Positions 11,700 to 23,619 of a stretch of 64,000 bases of DNA are shown one piece after another. The notes beneath the pieces are model-generated. The model searched no databases. It saw only the letters and a program-made list of their open reading frames with translations, and was not told the DNA's origin. Location: NCBI GenBank assembly GCA_038087875.1, contig CM076002.1, positions 62,001 to 126,000 on the forward strand, read 5' to 3'. Each line of letters starts with the position of its first letter. The first letter of the stretch is position 1. The position numbers were made by a program, and so were the translations under genes. The DNA is from Malacoraja senta (Eukaryota).

Positions 11700-13870
11700 A
11701 GCGGCCGTGTTGGGAGGGATTGTGAAGTCAAACTGATGCTGCTGAGGTTTAAACCCAAACAGAAACTTACTGAGATACAGCCACTAATGCCAAAGTGCTC
11801 ACCAATTGACACTTCGCCCATTTATCTGACCATTCCATAGGACTTCACCCAGCATGGCCCCATCCATAGGTGGACTATCTATCTGCTGGCACAAAAAGCT
11901 TTCTTGGATACACTTTAAAAACTTTACCCTCTGTAATCCTATCTCATGAAGATGATCCACTTAATACTGGGGAAATTCAAATCCCCTATTATTCCAAAAC
12001 AATTTTTCTCTGCAATTTGCCGTGATATTTGCTCCTCTATCTTCTGCCAACTGTTGGGAATCTAATCGCCTCCTTTTTTAACCTCTACCCATATTGTTGT
12101 ATTTGAAGTGCCTGCTAAATCATCCTCCCTCATTAGTGCAATGATGATGTCCTTCACATAAAATGCAATGCTCTCTCCTCTTTTACACTGTCCCTGTCAT
12201 GGCTGGAACTTCTATACCTTTTAACATTGAGTTGCTGGTCTTTCAACTATGTCTCAGCGATTGCAAAAACACCACATACCCACATGCTGATCAGCGCTAA
12301 GTTCAACTGCTTTACTGGTCAGAATCTTTACAACAAAATAGATGCAATTTGACCTTCTCACCCTACCATGTACAACATCATGCCCATGTCTGTTCTACCT
12401 AATGACTGACCTGATGTTTCTACATTTGACTGAAACTTACCCCCAATCACACATCTAGTCTAAGTCCCATTTCCCCCGACCACATTAGTTTCAAACATTC
12501 CCAACAATAGGAGTAAAACTGCCAGCAAGGATATTGGACCTTGCCCCATTCAGGTGCAAACTGACCTGCTTGTATAGGCTGCACCCACTCCAGAAATGTC
12601 TATATCCCAACATCCAAAGCCCTCCCTCCTACACCATCCCTTTGGCCACACATTCATCTGGCCTATCTTTGTATTCCTATATTCAGGAGCATGTGACACC
12701 AGAAGCAATGCAGAGATTACAATCTTGAAGGTCCTGCTCATGATTCTGCTATGTAATGCATGGAAGGATCAAATCTAATGCGGGCAAATAGATTAGTGTA
12801 TATGGGTAAAGATGTATGGACATGGTGGGCCAAATGGCCTGCTTAGAGTCATACAGCACGGTAACAGACCCTTCAGCTCAATATGTCCATACCGACCAAG
12901 TTACTGACCATCTAAGCTTGTCCCATTTTCTCACGTTGGGCCCATATCCCTCTAAACCTTTTCTATCCATGTACCTACCTGTCCAAATGTCTTCAATATT
13001 GTTATAGTACTTGCCTTAACTACCTTCTCTGGCAAACATTCCATATTCTCACTACCCCCTGAATGAAAAGTTGTCCATCAGGCTCCTATTAAATCTTTTC
13101 CCTCTCACCTGAAACCAAATAACTCTGGTTCTTGATTCCTTTACCCTGGGTAAAGACTCAGTGCATTCACACTATCCCCCTCATGATTATATATACCACT
13201 ATAAGATCACACCTCAGCCTCCTGCACTGCAAGGAATAGCACCTTTTCTGTGCACCACCACTCTGTGTAACTTGACAATTTCATCCTGTAGCCATTAATC
13301 CCTTATTTACATGTCATTAGTAGTGACCAGTATTATACCCACTGACTGTTTATCCTCGCTGATGAGAATGTACTGCAACCGCTTTGAGATATCCATGTAC
13401 CTGGCACCAGGAGGACAACACAGAATTCAAGGGCCTTGTTCACCCAACTGCTCCCTTTACAATTGAGCCCCTATTTACTGCAGCTCTGCTGATCTTTGTC
13501 CTCGCTCATTGTGCAGCTGAGCTAGTCTCAGTGCCACAAACATGCCCGTTTCTTCCCATCCCAAAGAGGCTGCCCCCAAACGTATCCAACATGGTCTACC
13601 TGTTTAACAGAGGGACGGCCACAGGGGTCTCCTGCACCACCCGCCTGTGCCCACGGATCCCTGGTGGGCACCCACTGCATTTCTACCCATTGTTTACAGG
13701 GTGACCAGCTCACTCTACATGCCATCCACAATGTCCTCAGCACCACGAATGATCCACAGTGAGACCATCTTCAGCTCCAGATGTACAGGACAGTAGTCAG
13801 GAGCTGAAGCAGGACACACAAATCACATGTGGTCACCAGGGAGAAGGGAAATCTCTCTGATTCCCCACAT
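11700..13870 (-). mobile_element. Old, fragmented CR1 5' half (ORF1, esterase and endonuclease remnants)
   Basis: Minus-strand remnants parallel the ORF1/endonuclease at 26.5-27.8 kb (e.g. SRTFKIVISALL); boundaries approximate. Confidence 0.55.
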
Positions 13871-14146
13871 ATTGATGAGTTCTCCAGCATTGGACACCCG
13901 TGATCAGTTGGGTAAGTTGGCTGAGGAATGTTTACTGGAGTTTAATGCGGATAAATGCGAAGTCGAACCAGGGCAGCACCTACACAGTGAATGGCAGGGC
14001 TCAGGGGCATGGTGTAGAGGGATCTAGGAGTGCAAGTATATAGTTCCTTGTAAGTGGTGTTACAGGTGGGTGGGGTGGTTAACAAGGCTTCTGGCACATA
14101 CAAGGTATGATTAGCAAGTTTGTATATGATACTAAGGTGGGTGGTA

Positions 14147-16424
14147 CAGGGCTCGAAATTAGCGGTTGCCCGGGTGCCACTGACCACTCAAAGAGCCGCC
14201 GGGCAACATTAACACCGAGTCTTTTGCCCGGCTTGGCAACCAGATACTGGTTTGTACCGAAGATAGATACAAAAAACTGGAGTAACTCCGCGGGTCAGGC
14301 AGCATCTCTGGAGAATAGGAACGCGACGTTTCGTGTCGGCGGCGGCTGTGCGGGGCAAAGATACTAGGTGAGGAAGGGTCGGAGCGAATGACGGGCCCCG
14401 AACAGCGGCAGCAGCGCCCGCGACAGCGGATCCACCGCCTCCTCCTCCCGCCCCCCGCCCGCCCTGATAAGGGCCGCTGCCTGCCACTCCGCTAACGGCG
14501 ATAACCGCTTTCAAAACAAACCCTCCCGCACGCCGAGGCCGGGAGGAGGGAGGAGGGAGGAGGGAGGGAGGAGGGAGGGAGGGAGGGAGGAGGGAGGGAG
14601 GGAGGGAGAGGCCTCGGCGTGCGGGAGGGTTTGTTTCGAAAGCGGTTATTGCCGTTAGCGGGTTTGCAAGCAGCGGCCCTTATCAGGGCGGGAGGAAGAG
14701 GCGGTGGAACCGCTGCTGCCGTTGTTTGGGGTCCGTCATTCTCTCCGACCCGTCTGTAGCAGCTGCACCGAAGATCCGAAAGCTATAAGATCTCTGAGCT
14801 GCACCGCCCGGCCCCGCACCTTGCTGTTGGCTGGCGGAGGAGGGAGGCGGTGGCGAGGAGTTCCCAACGGCCAAGGCAGCGGGGCGATGTTGTCCGAGGA
14901 GCGCTGACCTTCCTTCCTCCCCACCTCGCCCCCCTCTCCCTCTCTCTCTCTCGCTCTTGTACGCCCCCTCCACCCCCTTATCCTGGGACCCCTCCACTCC
15001 ATCCCACACTGATCCCCATTCCCTCGTCTATTCAGTCCTCACTGACATCCCCTGTGCTCCGCTCCCCATCTACACCCCCCCATCTATTCATCCTGCGCTG
15101 ATCACCCTATCCACCTCACATTGATTCTCCTGCCACCCTACCCCCCCCATCCATCCTACACTGGTTCCCCAATTCACCCTGTACTTACCTCTTTCCCATC
15201 CATCCTGCACTTCTCCATCCATCCTGTACTAATCCACGCATTCATCCCGTACTGACCAACCCTCCATTTACCCTGCACCTTCCCCACTTCCCCTCATTCA
15301 TCCTGTAGTGATCCCCCATTCATCCTGCACAGACCCTCCGATCTACACTGTACTGACCCCCCCCCATTCATCCTGCGCTGATCTCCCCACCATCCCATCC
15401 ATCCTGTACTGATCCTCCCATTCAAGAAGAATGGGGGGAACAGTCTGAAGAAGGGTCTCGACCCGAAACCTTGCCTATTTCCTTCGCTCCATAGATGCTG
15501 CCTCACCCACTGAGTTTCTCCAGCACTTTTGTCTACTCCCATCCATCCCGTACTGAACCCCCCCCCCCCATTCAACACCACTGACATCACCCATGCTCTC
15601 CCCTCACAATTTTACCTACTCCAACCAATACGTACTAATTCACCTGCCTCAATCCATACATTCTGCACCGACTGCCTTCTAACCCCCCCCTCCATCTATC
15701 CACCCCGCACTGATTCACACCCCCCCTCTCCCTGACCCTATTGTGCTGGAAATGTCTTCAGAGCGAACATTGACTATGTTTGATAACGGAATGCAATCAA
15801 ATGTGTTTTAATTCACTATTTTATTATTTGTTTTAATCCATAAAGATGGATTAATTAAATTGTGAACACGTGAAACATTAAAACCGCAGTGTTCGATTGT
15901 CACTGCTGCCCTTGACACGTTATTACAGAATTCATTTTAACGGCAAATCAATGCTCTTAATATGGAGTATCAGTACTGTGCAATTTAATGAGCAACAATC
16001 ACAACTATACGTACGCATATATTTTACCATGGTCCAGGATTTATTGACACAGGTTGATCATACGCTGAATAATCCAACCACATTTTTGTTTGGAAGTGGA
16101 AAGAACTAATAGAAATTGCATTAATTGCAATGTGTAAAAAGAGTTGAGATACTGTCTTATAATTTTGCTGCATGTCATTGTGGGATATATCATGTCTTGA
16201 TTGGTGAATATGTTTAGTTTGTGACTTTATTTGAAGCAGAAATAATATGTGAATGCTTCATTGAGTATAATTCCGACTGGTAACTGCGTACTTCGTCCGA
16301 GCACATTATCGCACGCGTCATGCAAGCCGTTTTGAATGACCACCTAAACTGTCATTTGGCAACCTAAAAAGCTGCCAAGGTTGCCCGGCTGGCAACAGGG
16401 GAAAAAAGTTAAGCGAGAGCCCTG
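14147..16424. mobile_element. Non-autonomous TIR DNA transposon (hAT5-like) in a CR1 fragment
   Basis: TIR cagggctc...gagccctg; 5-bp TSD tggta (14142-14146, 16425-16429); subterminal ttgccc/ggcaac motifs at both ends; host CR1 reading resumes across it. Confidence 0.8.
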
Positions 16425-16730
16425 TGGTATTGTAGATGGTGAAAATGGTGTAAAAAATTGCAGCAGCATCTCGATCAGTTGGGCAGGTGGGCTGAGGAGT
16501 AGTTAATGGAATTTAATACAGAGAAATGTGCGGTGTTGCATTTTGGGAACTCTGACAAGGGCAGAACTTACACTGAATGATAGGGGTCTTTTTCCCTTCA
16601 TGTGCTTATAAAACCTCTAGGGATTATCCTTAATGCTATCTGTCAGAGCTATCTCCTGTCCCCTCTTTGCCCTTCTGATTTCCTTTTTAAGCTTACTTCT
16701 TAGATCCCGAAACTCCTTAAGGAATACAAG

Positions 16731-17769
16731 TAGCAATGTTACAAAATTTTGAGATTTTAAAAATAAAGTCTGCAATTTATCCCATCAGATAAAGCATAAA
16801 GAGAAGTTTAATTTGACACTTAATTCACTTTCATATCTTCAGTATTAAAAAAGTTATGGCCATTATCATACTCAGAAATTAGCATCTAGTTCCCTATTGC
16901 TTTTCCATTGACTTAACACAAAAGCTGTGATCGAGGACAGTTAAAAGCCCATAACTTTCTTAAAAATTATGATAACTGAAAGAAATTTTCAGTTATTATA
17001 GATTGAAGCATTCTGAAACAAATATGAAACAATCTTACTTCGAAGACATGAAAGTAAAGCATATAATTAGTTAGTTACCTAATTGTAGCTAATTACAAAA
17101 TTCAATTACTAGATCTAAACATCTATCAATTTCTTAAGAATAGATTAACATTTTTAAATAGCCTAAGTGTCCAAATAACATTCACACAATAATTCACAAT
17201 ATAACATAATTTTTAAATCTAATTTTCATGAATTTACAGGCCAAATGGAAGGAATTGAATGTTTCATACCTGTAAATTAATGGGGATTTAAATCATCTTG
17301 TGAGTGAGGATTTCTGGAACGCGATCTTTTGGAACGTTCATTTGCGGTGAATTTAACCCCGTATCAGCGTGAAAAATACTGCCGTTAATTCGGGGAATAA
17401 AATCACCGTGTCGCATGAAAAAATGTGAATTAAAGGCTTCTTAAAAAGCACTTTTATACATTTAAAGAAACCACTTTCGTTTACCTGTCCCGTGTGTGAA
17501 ATCCGTCCCCGTTATCGGCGTTGACGCTTCAGGAGCTGCTTTTAAAATTACTCTAGCGCTGACATTGACGATTTAATAAAAATAAAAAATTCACAAAACG
17601 CCGGTAGGAACGATTTGTCAGCCAAGGCTTGTACTCCAACAAAATATTAACCAGGACAAGGGAGGAGACCCGCGTTTTAACCCCGCCCCCCCTTAAAGGC
17701 GCCAAAATCGCGCACACGGCCAGTGGCAGAATTACAGCGCAACTGAAGGTAAGTTTTGTAACATACCTA
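16731..17769. mobile_element. Non-autonomous TIR DNA transposon, 1039 bp
   Basis: Imperfect 16-bp TIR tagcaatgttacaaaa / ttttgtaacataccta; flanking direct repeat atacaag (7 bp, or aatacaag 8 bp sharing the terminal A); AT-rich, no ORF; splits a minus-strand CR1 fragment. Confidence 0.8.
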
Positions 17770-17869
17770 ATACAAGATCCCAGCTGCCTGTACCTGTCCC
17801 ATGCCTTCTTACTCTTGATCAAAGCCTCAATTTCCCTTGTTGTCCAGGCTTGGACTTGGACAGGAATAG

Positions 17870-18220
17870 TCATAGAGTGATGCAGTGTGAAAACAGGCCG
17901 TTCAGCCCAACTCGCCCACACTGGCCAACAATGTCCCAACTACACTAGTCCCACTTGCCTGCATTTGGCCCATATCCCTCCAAACCTGTGCTATCCATGT
18001 ATGTCTTTTTCTTAAATGTTGGGATAGTCCCAGCCTGAACTTCCTCCTCAGGCAGCTTGTTCCATACACCCACCACCCTTTGTGTGAAAAAGTTACCCCT
18101 CAGATTCCTATTAAATCTTTTCCCCTTCACCTTGAACCTATGTCCTATGGTCCTCAATTCTCCAGTCTGGGCAAGACACTCTGTGCATCTACCTGATCTA
18201 TTCCTCTCATTATTTTATAC
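17870..18220 (-). mobile_element. CR1 LINE 3' end
   Basis: GHRFKVKGKRFNRNLRGNFFTQRVVGVWNKLP on minus strand followed by 3' UTR. Confidence 0.85.
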
Positions 18221-18673
18221 ACCTCACTCTAATAACTAGCATGGTATATCTGTTTGAGACAAGGATGGCCACGAGGGAGGGACTCCTGCACAACCTGGTT
18301 TATGGGGGGAGCTGAGAAATAAGGAGATGATCATCTTGTTGAAGCCGTTCTATAGGCCTCCAAATAGGCAACAGGAATTAGAGGAACAAATATGGCAGGA
18401 GATTGTGGAGAGTTGTATAAACAGCAGACTGGTCATAATAGGATGTTTTAACTTTCTTAATACAGACTGGGACTACCAAAGTGTTAAGGGCATCGATGGG
18501 TGGAAATGATGAGTGTGTTCAGGAACTGCATTCATGTACTGCATAGATGATTTACTATGGAGAGAGCCAAGCTTGATCTACTCTAGTGAAATAGGGCAGG
18601 GCAAGTGACGGAGATGTCACTGGGGAAGCACTTTGAGACCGGTGGCCATAATTCTATTCTTGGTCGGCATGGG

Positions 18674-19020
18674 TTAGTGTAGGACCAGGGAGATGGCATC
18701 AGCCATGGATCTGTTGTGGTGGTTGGTGAACTGCAGTGGATCAAGGTTGCTTGTTAGGCTGGATTTAATCTGCACTGTAACCATCCTCTCAAAGCACTTC
18801 ATGATGGTGGATGTCACAGCCACTGGACAGTAGTCATTAAGGCATGAGATCTTGCTTTTCTTTGGCATGGATGATAGTGGTCTTGAAGCAGATGGGAACC
18901 TCAGAAATTAGTAGGAAAGATTAGAAAATGTTGGTGAACACTAGTTGGTCCACGCAGTTCCTAAGGGCATGGTCAGGGACTCCATCCGGGCCATTTGCTT
19001 TCCGTGGGTTCACCTGAACT
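18674..19020 (-). mobile_element. Rex1/Babar RT fragment
   Basis: PKKSKISCLNDYCPVAVTSTIMKCFERMV...LDPLQF...NRS..DAIS. Confidence 0.8.
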
Positions 19021-19575
19021 TACTTCATCAACAGTGACCGTGGGAAAAGGCACACTTGGGTCCGGTGGGGTGGATGTCCTCGACCTGTTGGCTTTCTGCT
19101 TAAAGCGAGCATAGTTCGTTGTTGATCAGGGATGATTCCTGGCTTTGCTTTGTAGCCCATTATAGTACTCGGTCCTGGTCACAGATGGCTTTGCAAAGCA
19201 TGATTTCTTGTACCACTCGGGATTGTTTCAATTGTACACAGCAGTCTTGGCCTTCACCTGGGAATATATGCAGCAGGTAAGTTACTGGAGGGGATTCTGA
19301 GGGATTGGATATACTTGCATTTGGAAAAACAGAGGTTGATTAGGGACAGTCAGCCCAGTTTTACGCGTGGGACACCTTGTCTCATGGAATTGCTTGAAAC
19401 CTTTGATGAAGTAGCCAAGAAGGTTGTTGAGGGCAACGCGGTAGATTTAGTCCACATCACAATCACACAATCACAATAATACTTTATTAGCCAAGTACGT
19501 TTTGCAACATATGAAGAATTTCATTTGCCAAGTCAGTCATACAAATAAAAAGCACCAGAACACACAAAACACATT

Positions 19576-20200
19576 TTAACAAGTATGTTTTCCTTGCAAA
19601 TCCTTTATCATTTTCCTCTCTTCCGTGGGTATCTCAGCACAACGTGGTTTGAGGAGGTTTGATGTAGTTGGAAGTGTCGTTCTTGTTCTCCTTGCATGTA
19701 GTCTTTGTGCAGGACTATTGTTCACTCCTTGCGCAGGGGTGTTGCGCAATTCCAGTATTGCCAAGTAGACATCTGTCTTGGAGTGAGTGGTTTTCTTCAG
19801 TAATCGCTTAGCTGCCTTGACTGCCGATTCCACCTTACCGTTAGCTTGGCTATGTGTTGGAGAAATTGTATAGTGGTCAAATTCCGATTTCCTGGCAAAT
19901 TTGGCGAAATCATCTGATGAGAACTGTGTCCCGTTGTCGCTTACCACAGTGCTGGGAATTACGTATCTTGCAAAGTGGCTCTTGAGTTTCACAATGATTG
20001 TCCTGCTGGTCAGGTCATACAGTCTGTCTATTTCCCAGAAATTAGATACATAGTCAGCTGTGATTAAATAATGTTTTCCCTCAAGTTCGAACATATCGGT
20101 TCCCACTTTCTCCCATGGGCGATCTGGGAGGTCATGGGGCATCAGAGTTTATTTCTGATTCTGTTGTTCATACGTCCTGCAGGCTTCACAGTTTGAAATG
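19576..20200 (-). mobile_element. Gypsy integrase fragment
   Basis: PWEKVGTDMF...VVSDNGTQF...SPTHSQANGKVESAVK...LELRNTP; no LTRs seen. Confidence 0.88.
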
Positions 20201-20341
20201 AACTTACAATCGAGCCAGTTATTGATAGAATGGTACAGTTTACAGACTACATTTACGTTATCTATTCCTCTCATGATCTTGTACATCTCTATAAGAGCAT
20301 ACCTCAGTCTCCTGCACTCCAAGGTATAAAATCCTAGCCTA

Positions 20342-23318
20342 CAGTAGCAAAGGCTACTGGGGAGACTTTAAAGTAGAACGGTTGGGGGGAGGAACTCAAA
20401 TAGAGAAAGTTAGTAGAAAATGTGGGAGGCAGGAGGCAGAGAAGGGAAGCACTCGGACCCAAAATGTAGGGGAGAAAGAAGAAAAAGATAATAAACAGAG
20501 AATAAGTGGTGGTGGGTTTCTTAAATGTGTATATTTTAATGCTAGGAGCATTGTAAGAAAGGTGGATGAGCTTAGAGCCTGGATTGACACCTGGAAGTAT
20601 GATGTTGTGGCGATCAGTGAAACATGGTTGCAGGAGGGCTGTGATTGGAAACTAAATATTCCAGGATTTCCTTGCTTCAGGGGTGATAGAATTGGAGGGG
20701 CAAGAGGTGGGGGTGTTGCATTGCTTGTCAAGGAAGATATTACAGCAGTGCTTTGGCAGGATAGATTAGAGGGCTCGTCTAGGGAGGCTATTTGGGTGGA
20801 ACTGAGAAATGGGAAAGATGTAGCAACACTTATAGGGGTGTATTATAGACCGCCAAATGGGGAGCGAGAATTGGAAGAGCAAATATGTAAGGAGATAGCA
20901 GATATTAGTAGTAAGCACAAGGTAGTGATTGTGGGAGATTTCAATTTTCCACACATAGACTGGGAAACACATTCTGTAAAAGGGCTGGATGGTTTGGAGT
21001 TTGTAAAATGTGTGCAGGCTAGTTTTTTGCAGCAACACATAGAGGTACCTACTAGAGAAGGGGCAGTGCTGGACCTCCTGTTAGGAAATGAGACAGGGCA
21101 GGTGCGGAGGTATGCGTCGGGGAGCACTTCGGGCCCAGTGATCACAATACCATTAGTTTCAATATAATTATGGAGAGGGTCAGAACTGGACCTAGGGTTG
21201 AGATTTTTGATTGGAGAAAGGCTAACTTTGAGGAGATGCGAAATAATTTAAAAGGAGTGAATTGGGACATGTTGTTTTATGGGAAGGATGTAGAAGAGAA
21301 ATGGAGTTGGTTCGGAAAAAGAGAGAGATCTACAATAATTATAGGCAGCATGGAGTAAATGAGGTGCTTGAGGAAGTATAAAGAATGTAAAAAGAATATT
21401 AAGAAAGAAATTAGAAAAGCTAAAAGAAGATATGAGGTTGCTTTGGCAAGTAAGGTGAAAGTAAATCCAAAGGGTTTCTACAGCTATATTAATAGCAAAA
21501 GGATAACAAGGAATGAAATTGGTCCATTAGAGAGTCAGAGTGGACAGCTATCTGCAGAGCCAAAAGAGATGGGGGAGATATTGAACAATTTCTTTTCTTC
21601 GGTATTCACCAAGGAGAAGGATATGGAATTATGTGAGGTAAGGGAAACGAGCAGAGTAGCAATGGAAACTATGAGATTCAAAGACAAGGAGGTGCGGACA
21701 CTTTTGAAAAATATGAAAACGGATAAGTCTCCAGGTCCTGACAGGATATTCCCTAGGACATTGAGGGAAGTTAGTGTAGAAATAGCAGGGGCTATGACAG
21801 AAATATTTCAAATGTCATTAGAAACGGGAATAGTGCCGGAGGATTGGCGTACTGCGCATGTTGTTCCGTTGTTTAAAAAGGGTTCTAAGAGTAAACCTAG
21901 CAATTATAGACCTGTTAGTTTGACGTCAGTGGTGGGCAAATTAATGGAAAGGATACTCAAAGATAATATATATAAGCATCTGGATAAGCAGGGTCTGATT
22001 AGGAACAGTCAACATGGATTTGTGCCTGGAAGGTCATGTTTGACTAATCTTCTTGAATTTTTCGAAGAGGTTACTAGGGAAATTGATGAGGGTAAAGCAG
22101 TGGATATTGTCTATATGGACATCAGTAAGGCCTTTGACAAGGTTCCTCATGGAAGGTTGGTTAAGAAGATTCAATTGTTGGGTATTAATGGTGGAGTAGC
22201 AAGATGGATTCAACAGTGGCTGAAAGGGAGATGCCAGAGAGTAATGGTGGATGGCTGTTTGTCATGTTGGGAGGCTGGTGACTAGTGGGGTGCCTCAGGC
22301 GTCTGTGTTGGGTCCACTGTTGTTTGTCATGTACATCAATGATCTGGATGATGGTGTGGAAAATTGGATTAGTAAGTATGCAGATGATACTAAGATAGGT
22401 GGTGTTGTGGATAATGAAGTAGATTTTCAAAGTCTACAGAGAGATTTAGGCCATTTGGAAGAGTGGGCTGAAAGATGGCAGATGGAGTTTAATGCTGATA
22501 AATGTGAGGTGCTACATCGCGGCAGGACAAATCAAAATAGGACGTACATGGTAAATGGTAGCGAATTGAGGAATGCAGTTGAACAGAGGGATCTAGGAAT
22601 TACTGTGCATAGTTCCCTGAAGGTGGAATCTCATGTAGATAGGGTGGTAAAGAAAGCTTTTGGTGTGCTGGCCTTTATAAATCAGAGCATTGAACATAAA
22701 AGTTGGGATGTAATGTTAAAATTGTACAAGGCATTGGTGAGGTCAATTCTGGACTATGGAGTACAATTTTGGTCGCCTAATTATAGGAAGGATGTCAACA
22801 AAATAGAGAGAGTACAGAGGAGATTTACTAGAATGTTGCCTGGGTTTCAGCAACTAAGTTACAGAGAAAGGTTGAACAAGTTAGGTCTTTATTCTTTGGA
22901 GCGCAGAAGGTTAAGAGGGGACTTGATAGAGGTCTTTAAAATTATGAGCGGGTTAGACAGAGTTGACGTGGATAAGCTTTTTCTATTGAGAGTAGGGAAG
23001 ATTCAAACAAGGGGACATGACTTGAGAATTAAGGGACAGAAGTTTAGGGGTAACATCAGGGGGAACTTCTTTACTCAGAGAGTGGTAGCTGTGTGGAATG
23101 AGCTTCCAGTGGAAGTGGTGGAGGCAGGTTGGATTTTATCCTTTAAAAATAGATTGGATGGGTATATGGACGGGAAAGGAATGGAGGGTTATGGTCTGAG
23201 TGCAGGTAGATGGGACTACGGGGAAGTAAAAACAAGAAATATTTAAAAAAAAGTGTTCGGCATGGACTTGAAGGGCGGAGATGGCCTGTTTCCGTGCTGT
23301 TATGGTTATATGGTTATA
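20342..23318 (+). mobile_element. CR1 LINE with near-complete but disrupted ORF2 (APE endonuclease + RT) and 3' tail
   Basis: YFNARS, ISETW, GVYYRPP, VGDFNFP; KSPGPD, NYRPVSLTS, KAFDKV, SGVPQ, YADDTK; (tatggtta)n tail; inserted into a minus-strand CR1. Confidence 0.95.
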
Positions 23319-23619
23319 CTCAACCTCTCCATAGAGCTCGGGCCCTCAAATCCTGACGATATCCTCGTAAATCATCTTTGCACTCTTTCAGCTTAGCGAC
23401 TGAATCTGAACACAATACTCCAAATGCAGCCTCATCAATATCTTGTACAACTGTAATATTACATCCCAACCTCCATATTCAACACCCTAACTGATGAAGG
23501 CCAATGTACCGCAAGTTTCTTCACCATCTTATCTACCTGTGACGCCACTTTCAGGGAACTATGTCCCTGCATTTCTAGATCCCTCTGCTCTACAACATTT
23601 CCCAGGGCCCTGCCATTCT

